Source of the DNA: Alphaproteobacteria bacterium
Lineage (GTDB): Bacteria; Pseudomonadota; Alphaproteobacteria; RF32; CAG-239
Reading direction: 5' to 3'
NCBI GenBank assembly: GCA_017467515.1
Contig: JAFUSU010000004.1
Location: 621-64,620 of the forward strand
DNA length: 64,000 bases
Part shown: one piece after another, positions 9,897-20,278 of the stretch
Layout of the letters: every line of letters starts with the position of its first letter
Position numbering within the stretch: position 1 is the first letter of the stretch
Notes under the pieces: model-generated
Told to the model about the DNA's origin: nothing
What the model saw: only the letters and a program-made list of their open reading frames with translations
Databases searched by the model: none
Translations under genes and position numbers: made by a program

Positions 9897-10799
9897 ATGG
9901 GATATTTAAGTCAGAAAAAGAAAAAAACAAATACAAGGGAGCTTCTGAATTTACTTTTAGGGGCTATTGGCGTTTGCTGTTTTATTGTGCTGTTTTTCGA
10001 CTCATTACGAATAAGTGAGCAGTTGAGCCATTGGTTGTTTCAGATATATGTATGTGCTCTGGTTTTTTTTATTTATTCTTTTGTTTCAAAATTTTATTGG
10101 CAAGGTTTTGGTCTGTTGCTTTGTGCACTGGTTTTGTTTTTTAAAATAGGAATGGGCGGAAATCTTTTTACCAACATTAAAACAGATGGTTCTCAAGAGT
10201 TAAAAATATTATACCAAAACAATACGAAAGATCCGTATAAAACCCTTAAGCACGTGTATAAGTATCAGGCCGATATTGCCGCTGTTTTAACAAAGGAAAA
10301 AGGAAATATTAAGACGCAGCCACTGACGAAAGCCCATTTTAATACATCAGACGGAGGGACTGTTTTAACAACATATAAATTTTCCAGATCAGGAGAAGTT
10401 TTGCTTTCAGAAAACAGCCGAGCCGCTTTTGTCGATATAAAAACAAGAAATAAAGAAATTGTTTTTATATCATTGGATTTTTCAAAAATTTCACATCAGG
10501 AGCAAAAAATTGCGTTACATAATTTAGCTGAATTTATTAATATGCAAGATGTTGCTGTGATTGTTATCGGTCACTTCGGGCAGGAATCTTGGTCTTCTGA
10601 TTTTTTAGATTTTCTTGAAGAGACAAAGCTGGAAGTTAAAAATAAAATTTTACTAAGCGACGGAAAACAATATTTCAATCCGTTTAAGATGCCGGCTATA
10701 AATGTTTTAGCTTACAAAGATTTTGGTATAAAAGGAATTCAGTTTCTGCCGGCAGCAAAAAAAGACACCCACGCCTTATTGGTGAGCATTAATTACTGA
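9897..10799 (+). CDS. Membrane-anchored endonuclease/exonuclease/phosphatase (EEP)-like protein
   Basis: Three N-terminal TM helices. C-terminal domain with EEP-like motifs (VAVIVIGHFG ~ GDFN; DTHALLVSI ~ SDHxPV). Confidence 0.4.
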   Translation: MGYLSQKKKKTNTRELLNLLLGAIGVCCFIVLFFDSLRISEQLSHWLFQIYVCALVFFIYSFVSKFYWQGFGLLLCALVLFFKIGMGGNLFTNIKTDGSQELKILYQNNTKDPYKTLKHVYKYQADIAAVLTKEKGNIKTQPLTKAHFNTSDGGTVLTTYKFSRSGEVLLSENSRAAFVDIKTRNKEIVFISLDFSKISHQEQKIALHNLAEFINMQDVAVIVIGHFGQESWSSDFLDFLEETKLEVKNKILLSDGKQYFNPFKMPAINVLAYKDFGIKGIQFLPAAKKDTHALLVSINY

Positions 10800-12252
10800 A
10801 TCTCTCCAACTGACATTGAATTTGGGCACATAATTCGGCATCTTCGGCTTGTTGCGCCAAATTAAGGGCCGTTTTCAGATTTTTTAAGGCTGTTTCTTTA
10901 CTGCCACGTGACAATTCAACGAGGCCGATATTGGCATAATCAGCGGCTAAAGCGTTTGTTCGAAAACCTCTTTGTTCAAGATCCAAAGACTGCTGAAAAA
11001 GACCTTTTGCTCTCAGTAAATCTTGTCTTCTCATATAAATAATGCCCAAAAGATTATAGGCATTGGCTAAATAAAAACAGCCGCAATCTTTTTGCGCAAA
11101 AGAAATAATTTTTCTTAAAATGCTTTCGGCACTCTTATCTTTATTAAGATTAAATAAAGCCTGAGCCTGTAAGTATAAACTTTCCAATAATCCGGAAGCA
11201 TTATCCGTTTTAAGATAGAAGGAGGTTGCCTTTTTTGCATAGGACAATGTTTTATCAAAGTTTTTCTGTTTCCAAAAACAGTTGGCGGATAGTTCAAAAC
11301 CGAACGCAATCCCGTTAAAATTATTGAGGACAGAATGTTCTTTTATAGTCTTTGTTAAGAGTTTTTGTGCCGAAACATAGTCTTTTTTTAACAATAGAAG
11401 AAGCGCCTGCTGATTTTTTATTTCGGCAACAGCAAGGGGCTGTTCAAAAGAATTATATAAGTTCAAGGCACCGGTAAAATAACCGTCCGCTTCATCAAAT
11501 CTCTCTTGTCCGACCATTAATACGCCGAGATTCGCATAAGCTTTGGCAATTCCTTCTTTGTATTTCAAAGTTTTAAAAATTTTAAGGGCGGAATGAAAAA
11601 GAGTCTCGGCAACATCATCAACGAAACAAATTCGATATATCGTTCCGAGTTGAAGGTAAATATTTGCTTCTTCATAAAAATATTTTTCTTTATTAAACAG
11701 TTTTGCGGCTTGGTAAAACAAACGAGATGAAAATTCCATATCTCCGTTTTTAAGGGCGATTCTCGCCAAATGAGCTTTATAATGAGCGAATAAATAAGGG
11801 GGTAATTTTTTTTCTTTCACATTATCCCATACATTATCGGCCGTTGCGTAGTCTTTGTTTGCTTCGGATAAAACGGCCAACCAAGCTGCATAGTCATTGT
11901 TTTGAGGATTTTTTTTATATAAAGTCCGTATTTTTTTTGCCGCCGCTACGGGGTGATAAAAAGATTTTAACAAAAGGGCATTGAAGGCGTTTTCTTTTTG
12001 AATAAGGCGGGCAGCTTTATCGGTTTTTCCTTCCAATAAACAATCTATAATATGCTTTTGATGCTGCCTAAGAGCTGTTTTTATAACGGAATGAATGATA
12101 TAACCGGATAAAAATAAAGGGTTATTGTTTGCTATTTTTTTTAAGGAGCGTTTGGTAAAAAAGTCAAGTTTCAGAGTATATCCGAACCATAACGGAACAA
12201 AAAAAATTCCGATAAATGATAAAAAAATAACAATGTAAAAATGATAATTCAT
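10789..12252 (-). CDS. Membrane-anchored tetratricopeptide-repeat protein
   Basis: N-terminal TM helix followed by multiple TPR-like repeats (YANLGVLMVGQERFDEADGYFTGALNLY etc.). Confidence 0.55.
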   Translation of the reverse strand: MNYHFYIVIFLSFIGIFFVPLWFGYTLKLDFFTKRSLKKIANNNPLFLSGYIIHSVIKTALRQHQKHIIDCLLEGKTDKAARLIQKENAFNALLLKSFYHPVAAAKKIRTLYKKNPQNNDYAAWLAVLSEANKDYATADNVWDNVKEKKLPPYLFAHYKAHLARIALKNGDMEFSSRLFYQAAKLFNKEKYFYEEANIYLQLGTIYRICFVDDVAETLFHSALKIFKTLKYKEGIAKAYANLGVLMVGQERFDEADGYFTGALNLYNSFEQPLAVAEIKNQQALLLLLKKDYVSAQKLLTKTIKEHSVLNNFNGIAFGFELSANCFWKQKNFDKTLSYAKKATSFYLKTDNASGLLESLYLQAQALFNLNKDKSAESILRKIISFAQKDCGCFYLANAYNLLGIIYMRRQDLLRAKGLFQQSLDLEQRGFRTNALAADYANIGLVELSRGSKETALKNLKTALNLAQQAEDAELCAQIQCQLERFSN

Positions 12253-12332
12253 AAAATCTTTAACGCTAAATTAGTTATTCTCTCACTATACTAACACAAT
12301 AATATAAATTTACAAGTATAGGGGTAAAGTCA

Positions 12333-14774
12333 ATGAGTATTACAAAATTAAAAAGTTCGGAACTTTATCGTGTGTGCGATCCTAAAAAGTTCGATTTCAC
12401 AAGTACGGCAGAGTTAGAGGAGAGAATGTCAGCTCTTGGACAAGATCGAGCAATCAGCGCGGTGGAGCTGGGAATTAATGTTAAATCAAAAGGCTATAAC
12501 CTCTTTTGCTTAGGGCCGGAAGGAACAGGCAAAACCAGTTTGGTTAAACGTATTTTGGAAAAAGAATCCAAAAACCGTCCGACACCTAAAGATTGGGCGT
12601 ATGTCTACAATTTTGATGAGCCGTATAAGCCGAAAGCAATCAGTTTTCCTGCGGGTACGGCAAGTGATTTTGCTAAAGACATTGATAAGTTAATTGATGA
12701 ATTTTCAACGGCGATTCCGAGTATTTTGGAAAGCGAAGAATATAAGGCAGCCGAATCAATTATCAAGGAAAGATTTAAACAGAAAAAAGAAGAATACATT
12801 AAAATTTTACAGAAAAAAGCCAAAGGCCGCAGCGTTTCCATCTTGCAAATGCAGGTCGGCTTGGTTGTTGCCCCTATGAAAAACGGAGAAGTTCTGAGTC
12901 CGGAAGCTTTTGATGAACTTCCTGAAGATGAAAAAAATGCCATAATTGAAGATTTAAATGCAATGCAGCAGGAAATCGAAAATACGGCAAATGATATGCC
13001 TTCTTGGGAGGAAAAACAGAGAGAAGAAACGAAAGCGTTGCGTGAAAAATTTATTAAAGGGACGGTTAAAAAACCGATTGATGATTTAAAGAAAAAATAT
13101 AAAACAGAAAAAGGTGCGGTTGATTTCTTAAAAAATGTTCAGAAACACATCATTGATAACATTGATGAGTTTGTTCCTTGTCAAGAGCAACAGAATAATT
13201 CTGGTAACGGAGAGGAAGATCCGCTCGGAATGTTGTTGAGCAGAATGAATAAGCCTGATGAAGATAAATTCTCAAAATTAAAGGTAAATGTTATTGTTAA
13301 AAACGAGAAAGACAGCGGTGCGCCGATAGTTTTGCTGGATCATCCGACACAAAGCAATTTGGTTGGTCGTGTTGAGCGTATTCAACAGTATGGTGCCTTG
13401 GTAACCGACTTTACCTTGATAAAAGCTGGCGCTTTGCATCGCGCAAATGGCGGATTTTTGTTAATGGATGCCCGTAAACTGCTTGTTCAGCCTTATTCTT
13501 GGGATTCTTTGAAACGAGCTCTATCATCTAAATCGGTTAAAATCGATTCTCCGGCGGACGAAAGTACCTTTATGACAATTACTTTGGATCCGGAACCGAT
13601 TCCTTTAGATGTCAAAGTTATTTTGACCGGTGATGAAGAATTGTTTGAGTTATTATCTGAAAAAGATCCCGATTTCAGAGATTACTTTAAGGTTGAGGCT
13701 GATTTTGGTACTTTAATGGATAGAACGGAAGAAAATGAGCAGGAATATGCAAAACTTATCGGTTCTTTATCCAAGAAAAAGAAAATCCGTTCCTTAAATA
13801 AACAAGCGGTAGCCAGAATTATAGAATATTCTTCACGCTTGGCGGAAGATTCGGAAAAATTATCCGCGCATATTACGTCTATCGGAGATTTATTGCGTGA
13901 AGCAGACTATTGGGCTCGTAAATCTAATTCTAAACAGATTGGTAAAAACCACATCGAACAAGCTATTAATGAGCAAATTTATCGTGCCGGACGCATTAAA
14001 GAAGCGATGCTTGAACAAATAGATAAAGGCACGGTAATGATTGATGTGACAGGCAAGAGGGTTGGTCAAATCAATGGTTTGGTTGTTTACAATTTCTCAC
14101 AAAACTCTTTCGGTAAACCATCTCGTATTACGGTTCAAACCCGTATCGGAAAAGGTGAGTTTATCAATATTGAAAGAGAGATTGAATTAAGCGGTCCGAT
14201 ACATACTAAAGGTGTTTTGATTTTGTCATCATTATTAGCAAACAGATTTGCAAAAGAATCTCCGCTTTCTTTATCGGCATCAATCGTCTTTGAACAATCT
14301 TACGGCGGGGTTGACGGAGATAGTGCGTCTTCAACGGAATATTATTGCTTATTGTCGGCAATTTCTAATATTCCGATTAAGCAAAGCATTGCCGTAACAG
14401 GTTCTGTTAATCAGTTTGGAGAAATTCAACCGATTGGTGGCGCCAACGAGAAAATTGAAGGATTCTTTGATGTTTGTAAACATCGCGGCTTAACGGGAGA
14501 TCAGGGCGTTATTATTCCGAGAACGAATGTTACCTCACTGATGCTGAGAGAAGATATTTTACAAGCGGTTGACGAAGGTAAATTCCATATTTATGCAATA
14601 GATACGGTTGATGACGGTATTGAAATTTTAACCGGCATACCGGCCGGTAAACCGAATGCCAAAGGCGAATATCCGCGCGGTACGGTCAACTATGAGGTTA
14701 AAAAAGGTCTGGAATATTATTATAAGCGCTATGCTTATTATGCTCGAGATACACATGGTTGTCTTGGAAAATAA
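12333..14774 (+). CDS. Lon-like ATP-dependent protease (AAA+ N-terminal module plus S16 Lon proteolytic domain)
   Basis: Walker A GPEGTGKTS near residue 62. C-terminal Lon S16 domain with a catalytic Ser in GGVDGDSASS and a Lys in PIGGANEKIEGF. Confidence 0.75.
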   Translation: MSITKLKSSELYRVCDPKKFDFTSTAELEERMSALGQDRAISAVELGINVKSKGYNLFCLGPEGTGKTSLVKRILEKESKNRPTPKDWAYVYNFDEPYKPKAISFPAGTASDFAKDIDKLIDEFSTAIPSILESEEYKAAESIIKERFKQKKEEYIKILQKKAKGRSVSILQMQVGLVVAPMKNGEVLSPEAFDELPEDEKNAIIEDLNAMQQEIENTANDMPSWEEKQREETKALREKFIKGTVKKPIDDLKKKYKTEKGAVDFLKNVQKHIIDNIDEFVPCQEQQNNSGNGEEDPLGMLLSRMNKPDEDKFSKLKVNVIVKNEKDSGAPIVLLDHPTQSNLVGRVERIQQYGALVTDFTLIKAGALHRANGGFLLMDARKLLVQPYSWDSLKRALSSKSVKIDSPADESTFMTITLDPEPIPLDVKVILTGDEELFELLSEKDPDFRDYFKVEADFGTLMDRTEENEQEYAKLIGSLSKKKKIRSLNKQAVARIIEYSSRLAEDSEKLSAHITSIGDLLREADYWARKSNSKQIGKNHIEQAINEQIYRAGRIKEAMLEQIDKGTVMIDVTGKRVGQINGLVVYNFSQNSFGKPSRITVQTRIGKGEFINIEREIELSGPIHTKGVLILSSLLANRFAKESPLSLSASIVFEQSYGGVDGDSASSTEYYCLLSAISNIPIKQSIAVTGSVNQFGEIQPIGGANEKIEGFFDVCKHRGLTGDQGVIIPRTNVTSLMLREDILQAVDEGKFHIYAIDTVDDGIEILTGIPAGKPNAKGEYPRGTVNYEVKKGLEYYYKRYAYYARDTHGCLGK

Positions 14775-14803
14775 GAAAAAAGCTGCCAAAGAGGCAGCTT
14801 TTT

Positions 14804-15154
14804 TTACCAAGCGCTTTCAATATGTTCAATCAAACAGGGAAATGTTATTAAGATAGCATCAAAACGAATGTCAAAATTATTAAATTGCGGATTCTTTTTC
14901 AAGAATACAGCCGCTCCGTTGCGGATTCGTTGTTGTTGCGTAGGCTTGATGGCATAAGCGGCTGTTTCTAAAGAAGAACGTTTTTTAACTTCAACAAAAA
15001 CCAAGGTTTTGCCTCGTCGGGCAATAAAATCTATTTCACCGCTGTGTGTGCCTTTGCCTGTAATAACGTTGCAGGCAACAATATGATAACCTTTGAGGCG
15101 TAAAAACCATCTTGCCATAGATTCGGCTAAATATCCGGATTTATTATTGTTCAT
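14804..15154 (-). CDS. yraN: YraN-family (UPF0102) endonuclease-like protein
   Basis: 116 aa with GEIDFIARRGKTLVFVEVKKR, the PD-(D/E)xK-like YraN signature. Confidence 0.75.
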   Translation of the reverse strand: MNNNKSGYLAESMARWFLRLKGYHIVACNVITGKGTHSGEIDFIARRGKTLVFVEVKKRSSLETAAYAIKPTQQQRIRNGAAVFLKKNPQFNNFDIRFDAILITFPCLIEHIESAW

Positions 15155-15980
15155 TTTTAATTCTCAACGCTAAATCATAAATCTCATTTTTATTAAGATT
15201 ATAAGTAGCAACAAGCTCTTTGACTGCTGATTTCAGAGGTAATTGCGCCAATTTTTCTTTTAAAAGCGCCTCAATATCAAGAGTTGAGGTTGCATCTGTT
15301 TCTGTCGGAGGAGCAATCATCACCACAATCTCACCTTTAGCGGGCTTTTGTGTGTAATAGACTATTAACTCATCAGCCGTTCCTCGGATACATTCTTCAT
15401 ACATTTTTGTCAGTTCTCGGGCAACGGCGATTTCTCTGTTGCCGTAAAGACTTCTTACTACCTCAAGAGTTTTTAAAAGACGGGGTGCTGTTTCATAAAG
15501 AATCAAAGTTGATTTAATATTTTTAAGTTCTAATAAAAAATCAATTCTGCCTTTTTCTTTATTGGGAACAAATCCGGCAAACATAAAACGATTTGTAGGC
15601 AAGCCGGATAATTGTAAAGCGGTAATGACCGCACAACAACCGGGGACAGCGGTTACATAAAATCCTTTTTCTCGGCAGTGACGTACAATTTTATATCCCG
15701 GATCGGAAATTAAGGGTGAGCCGGCATCACTGACAAGGGCAATGCTTCTTTCTTTTTCCAACAAAGAAAGAAGCTTTGGATACTGTTCCTCCTCATTATA
15801 ATTTTGGTAGGTAACAAACTCTTTGGCGCAGCTGATACCCAGCAGGCTGAACAATTTTTTGGTTACCCGAGAGTCCTCGCAAGCAATAACATCAGCCTCT
15901 TGTAAGACCTGAAGGGCGCGAGGAGAAATATCGCCGATATTTCCGATCGGGGTAGCAACAATATATAATCCGCTTTTCAT
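15144..15980 (-). CDS. rsmI: 16S rRNA (cytidine1402-2'-O)-methyltransferase RsmI
   Basis: MKSGLYIVATPIGNIGDISPRALQVLQEADVIACEDSRVT, a tetrapyrrole-methylase-fold RsmI N-terminus. 278 aa. Confidence 0.85.
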   Translation of the reverse strand: MKSGLYIVATPIGNIGDISPRALQVLQEADVIACEDSRVTKKLFSLLGISCAKEFVTYQNYNEEEQYPKLLSLLEKERSIALVSDAGSPLISDPGYKIVRHCREKGFYVTAVPGCCAVITALQLSGLPTNRFMFAGFVPNKEKGRIDFLLELKNIKSTLILYETAPRLLKTLEVVRSLYGNREIAVARELTKMYEECIRGTADELIVYYTQKPAKGEIVVMIAPPTETDATSTLDIEALLKEKLAQLPLKSAVKELVATYNLNKNEIYDLALRIKNEQ

Positions 15981-16054
15981 AATCTTATTTACAATCCTGA
16001 ATTTTTAATGTACTTTCTTGCCTATATGATTTTCTATTTTGGGGTAAAAAGCAA

Positions 16055-17419
16055 GTGTTAAAAAAAATATCGTCTCTTTTTATGGTGTTAAGCTTATGTG
16101 CTTGTGTTTCTAATCGTATCCGGATGGGTGGCGGTCAAAATGAGCTGTATACGGAAACGAATGATATTAACGTGATTGCTCATGAAGATTTCAGAGTCGG
16201 TGTTTTATTGCCGTTGAGCGGTGAATTTGCCAAACAAGGCAATGGCTTAAAGAATGCAACGATGATGGCCCTTGATGATTTAGGGGATAATGCGCCTGTT
16301 TTGCAGTATTATGACACAAAAGGCACACCGGAAGGAGCCTCTATTGCTGTTGAAAATGCTTTAAACCAAGGCGCAGAACTGATTATCGGACCAATGCTAA
16401 GTACATCGGTACAGGCGATTAAGCCTGCCGTTAAGTCAAGAGGTGTTCCGGTAATAGCCTTTAATTCAGCATCAGATGTTTTGCAGGACGGTATTTATAC
16501 AATGGGGTTATTGCTTGAAGAGCAGGTTGATAGAATTATGACCTATACCGCCAACAAAGGACGTACACGCTTTGCTGTTTTAATTCCGGATAATGCGACG
16601 GGTATTGCGGTGGTAAAGGCGGCTGTTAAATCAGCAGCCAAAAACGGAGCCACAATAACAGCTATTGGTTTTTATCGCCCCGGTACAACGGATTTTACGG
16701 ATCTCTTGAAAAATATGACAAACTACGCCGGTCGCTCGGCAAAATTGGCAGAAATGAAAGCTCAATACAAATCTGCCGCAGTGGGAGGAGATGCTTCGGC
16801 AAGCAAAACGCTTAAAAAGTTAGAACAGCTTGACAGTTATGGAGAAGTCGGCTTTGATGCCGTTTTAATACCGGACGCGGGAACAAGCTTAAAATCAGCC
16901 GTTGCTATGTTTGGTTATTATGATGTCTTTTCGCCGGAGGTCAAATTTATCGGTACATCAATTTGGGAGAATACCAGCCTGAATAAAGAAACAACAATGC
17001 GAGGCAGTTGGTATCCGGCGTTGACACGTCAAAACAGCAGCTACTTTAACAATAAATACAAGGAACTGTTTGGAGAACAACCGTCTAGTTTATATGCTTT
17101 CGGGTATGATGCTGTTGCCTTAGCCGCAGCAATATCTCGTTTTGGCAGCGATGATTTAGATGAAAAAATTACCAATCCTGAAGGCTATGCCGGAATAAAC
17201 GGAGCTTTTCGTTTCTTTGCCGATGGTCGTAATCAGCACAGTTTGGACATTAAAGAAGTTCGAGGAACGGGAAATTATATTGTAGAAGCGGGTCCGCGTA
17301 AGTTTATTTCGGCACCGATTCTTTCTTCTGACAGTAATCAATTAGCTCAGATGCCGGCTATTTACGGCAAAAATCGGACAACGGCCGAGATGATGATTTT
17401 TGGCAGAACAAATAATTAG
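16055..17419 (+). CDS. LpoA-like lipoprotein (penicillin-binding-protein activator family) with a periplasmic-binding-protein-like domain
   Basis: Lipobox LSLCAC. Type I periplasmic-binding-protein-like fold. Divergent from rsmI-yraN, matching the conserved rsmI/lpoA/yraN neighbourhood. Confidence 0.5.
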   Translation: MLKKISSLFMVLSLCACVSNRIRMGGGQNELYTETNDINVIAHEDFRVGVLLPLSGEFAKQGNGLKNATMMALDDLGDNAPVLQYYDTKGTPEGASIAVENALNQGAELIIGPMLSTSVQAIKPAVKSRGVPVIAFNSASDVLQDGIYTMGLLLEEQVDRIMTYTANKGRTRFAVLIPDNATGIAVVKAAVKSAAKNGATITAIGFYRPGTTDFTDLLKNMTNYAGRSAKLAEMKAQYKSAAVGGDASASKTLKKLEQLDSYGEVGFDAVLIPDAGTSLKSAVAMFGYYDVFSPEVKFIGTSIWENTSLNKETTMRGSWYPALTRQNSSYFNNKYKELFGEQPSSLYAFGYDAVALAAAISRFGSDDLDEKITNPEGYAGINGAFRFFADGRNQHSLDIKEVRGTGNYIVEAGPRKFISAPILSSDSNQLAQMPAIYGKNRTTAEMMIFGRTNN

Positions 17420-17496
17420 GCTGATTGTTTATTAGGGGTATTTTTCACTTGCAAAAGAGCTAAATATCGACAATATTATAAACAACTTTTAACAAA

Positions 17497-17586
17497 GGAG
17501 GGCTGTGGGTTAAGGCTTCGCCAACTCGGTCAGGTTCGGAAGGAAGCAGCCGTAACGAATAACCTTGAGGTCATAAGCTCTCCACC
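17497..17586 (+). ncRNA. ffs: Signal recognition particle RNA (4.5S / ffs)
   Basis: Contains the conserved domain IV motif GGTCAGGTTCGGAAGGAAGCAGCC. Terminal helix GGAGGGCT...AGCTCTCC. Immediately upstream of dnaX, a common arrangement. Confidence 0.7.
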
Positions 17587-17602
17587 TTAGTTTTGATGAA
17601 AA

Positions 17603-19324
17603 ATGGCAGAAGAAAACACAGATAATCAATACGTTGTCTTAGCACGTAAATATCGCCCGCAAAATTTTGAAGATTTGCTCGGGCAAGATGCTTTAGTGCA
17701 AACGTTAACCAATGCCATAAAAAACAATCGATTGCATCATGCCTATATTTTGACGGGTATTCGCGGAGTGGGTAAAACCACAACGGCACGCCTGATTGCC
17801 AAGGCTCTTAATTGTACGGGGCTTGACGGCAAAGGCGGACCGACAATTACACCGTGTAACGCCTGTGAAAATTGTAAAGCCATTGCAGCCGGTCGCCATA
17901 TAGATGTTTTAGAACTCGATGCGGCTTCTCGTACGGGTGTTGATGATATGCGTGAGATTTTGGACGGAGTTCGGTATAAACCGACCAATGCCCGTTATAA
18001 AATCTATATCATCGATGAAGTCCACATGCTTTCCAAAAGTGCATTTAACGCTTTGCTGAAAACGCTGGAAGAACCACCGGCACACGTAAAATTTATTTTT
18101 GCAACCACAGAAATCAGAAAAGTACCGGTAACTGTTCTTTCTCGTTGCCAGCGTTTTGACTTACAGCGCTTAAGTATAGAAGATTTACTGAAACTTTTCC
18201 ACAAAATTACAGCTGCGGAGAATTTAAAAGCCGATGAAGAAGCTTTGCATATGATTGCAAAAGCAGCGGACGGTTCAGCCCGTGACGGATTGTCTTTATT
18301 GGATCAGGCCATTTCTTTAGGTGCCGGCACAATTAAAGCTGATATTGTCAAAGAAATGATCGGTTTAGCTGATGTGACGCAAACTTTTGAATTGTTTGAA
18401 AGTTTAATTGCCGGTGACAGCAAACAGGTTATCATCACCTTGCAAGAGCAATATAAAAATGGGGCAGATCCCTTATCTTTGCTTAAGGATTTGATAGCTT
18501 TAACGCATTTAATCGCAAAAGTTAAATTAGTGCCGAGTTTTATCAATGATAGCTCTGTAAGTGAGGCTGAGCGTGAATTTTGTGCAAAAGTCAGTGATAA
18601 ACTGACAATAGCCGTACTTTCCAAAATATGGCAGATGATGATGAAGGGTATTGGTGAACTCCAAATGGCACCGGTACAGATTGATGCTTTGGAAATGATT
18701 CTGATTCGCGTAGCTTATTCTGCATCATTGCCAACGCCGTATGAATTATTAAACGACGTAAAAAAAAACTCTGAAATAAGCCCTTTACCACACCATTCGG
18801 AATCGGTTGTTCCTTCTTCTGCGCCAATTTTTGAGAAAAAAACAGGATCGACAGAACCTTTAGAAAAAGCAGAAAAATCAGAGCAATTTTCTTTTAAGAC
18901 AATTGAAGATATAATTAACTTACTGGAAAATAAAAAATATCCGTTATTGGTTTACTCTCTCAAACACGATATCAGTGTAAAAGAATTGGCAGACGGACTA
19001 ATTAAAGTGACAGCCGCTCCTGATATTCATCCGGAGTTTATTTCCAATTTAGTGAAAACACTGACAGATTTAACCGGACGCCGATGGCAGGTCGAAATTA
19101 TAAAAGGTGCTTTAGGGGAAACAATTGCCGATAAGGAAGCGGCAGAAACAGCCCGAGAACAAAGAGATGTTATGGAATATCCTTTGGTTAGAGCAATTAT
19201 GGCGGAGTTTAAGGGGGCCAAAATAGAAAGTCTGGTCCGTAAACAACAAAGCAGCGATTCTTCAGAAACTGAGGAATTAGGCGAAGCAAGTAATGACTTA
19301 ATTTTTGATGAGGATAACGAATAA
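17603..19324 (+). CDS. dnaX: DNA polymerase III subunits tau/gamma
   Basis: Clamp-loader AAA+ motifs (GIRGVGKTTTARLIAKALNC, zinc module C..C..C..C, DEVHML). Confidence 0.9.
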   Translation: MAEENTDNQYVVLARKYRPQNFEDLLGQDALVQTLTNAIKNNRLHHAYILTGIRGVGKTTTARLIAKALNCTGLDGKGGPTITPCNACENCKAIAAGRHIDVLELDAASRTGVDDMREILDGVRYKPTNARYKIYIIDEVHMLSKSAFNALLKTLEEPPAHVKFIFATTEIRKVPVTVLSRCQRFDLQRLSIEDLLKLFHKITAAENLKADEEALHMIAKAADGSARDGLSLLDQAISLGAGTIKADIVKEMIGLADVTQTFELFESLIAGDSKQVIITLQEQYKNGADPLSLLKDLIALTHLIAKVKLVPSFINDSSVSEAEREFCAKVSDKLTIAVLSKIWQMMMKGIGELQMAPVQIDALEMILIRVAYSASLPTPYELLNDVKKNSEISPLPHHSESVVPSSAPIFEKKTGSTEPLEKAEKSEQFSFKTIEDIINLLENKKYPLLVYSLKHDISVKELADGLIKVTAAPDIHPEFISNLVKTLTDLTGRRWQVEIIKGALGETIADKEAAETAREQRDVMEYPLVRAIMAEFKGAKIESLVRKQQSSDSSETEELGEASNDLIFDEDNE

Positions 19325-19644
19325 TGATGAATATTCAAGGCTTAATGAAACAAGCGCAAATGATGCAAAAACGTATGGAAGAAGCACAAAATAAGTTGGC
19401 CCAGCAAGAAGTTGAAGGGGCTAGCGGAGCCGGAATGGTCAAAGTGACAATGAACGGAAAGTTTGAAACCAAGAAAATTAATATTGATAAATCGCTGATG
19501 GTTCCGGAAGAATCAGATGTTTTGGAAGACCTGTTAATAGCAGCTCTCAATGATGCGTACAGTAAAGCAGAAAAAGCCAAAGAGGAAGGCCTTAATGAAA
19601 TTACCGGCGGTTTGAATTTAGGCGGAATGAAATTGCCGTTTTAG
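19324..19644 (+). CDS. ybaB: Nucleoid-associated protein YbaB/EbfC
   Basis: 106 aa, MMNIQGLMKQAQMMQ... YbaB family. In the conserved dnaX-ybaB-recR order. Confidence 0.85.
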   Translation: MMNIQGLMKQAQMMQKRMEEAQNKLAQQEVEGASGAGMVKVTMNGKFETKKINIDKSLMVPEESDVLEDLLIAALNDAYSKAEKAKEEGLNEITGGLNLGGMKLPF

Positions 19645-19655
19645 GGAAGAAGATT

Positions 19656-20249
19656 GTGTCAGGAACGGAAATTGAAAAATTAGTCAAACTGATTGCCAAG
19701 CTTCCTTCTTTGGGAACCCGCTCAGCCAGACGTATAACTCTCCAGCTCTTAAAGAAAAGAGATACGTTGCTTTTACCTTTGATTCAAAGCTTAACAGAGG
19801 TGTCGGAAAACATTAAAACCTGTGAAATATGCGGCAATTACGATACGGAAAATCCTTGCTCTATATGTGCTTCGACCACAAGAGAGAGTAATGTTATCTG
19901 TGTTGTGCAAGATGTTGCTGATTTATGGGCAATGGAGAGAGTTTCTTTCTTTAAGGGGAAATATCATATTTTAGGCGGTGTTTTATCGGCATTGGACGGT
20001 ATTACGGCGGAAGATTTGAATATCAACAGCCTTGAACGCAGAATTGCTACCGGAGATGTTTCTGAGCTGATTTTGGCTTTACCGGCAACGGTTGACGGAC
20101 AAATCACGGCACACTATTTAGTTTCTCGTTTTAAAAATTATAATATTAAGATAACAACCTTAGCGCAAGGGATTCCGATGGGCGGAGAGCTTGATTATAT
20201 GGATGAGGGAACAATTCAGCTGGCGCTGAATTCTCGTAAGGAAATATGA
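19656..20249 (+). CDS. recR: Recombination protein RecR
   Basis: 197 aa with the zinc finger CEICGNYDTENPCSIC and a Toprim region. Confidence 0.9.
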   Translation: MSGTEIEKLVKLIAKLPSLGTRSARRITLQLLKKRDTLLLPLIQSLTEVSENIKTCEICGNYDTENPCSICASTTRESNVICVVQDVADLWAMERVSFFKGKYHILGGVLSALDGITAEDLNINSLERRIATGDVSELILALPATVDGQITAHYLVSRFKNYNIKITTLAQGIPMGGELDYMDEGTIQLALNSRKEI

Positions 20250-20251
20250 AA

Positions 20252-20277
20252 AACCGTCCTTTCGGACGGTTTTTTTT
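20252..20277. terminator. Bidirectional rho-independent terminator between convergent recR and the 1164-aa gene
   Basis: Hairpin aaccgtcc-tttc-ggacggtt flanked by an A-run on one side and a T-run on the other. Confidence 0.6.
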
Positions 20278-20278
20278 G

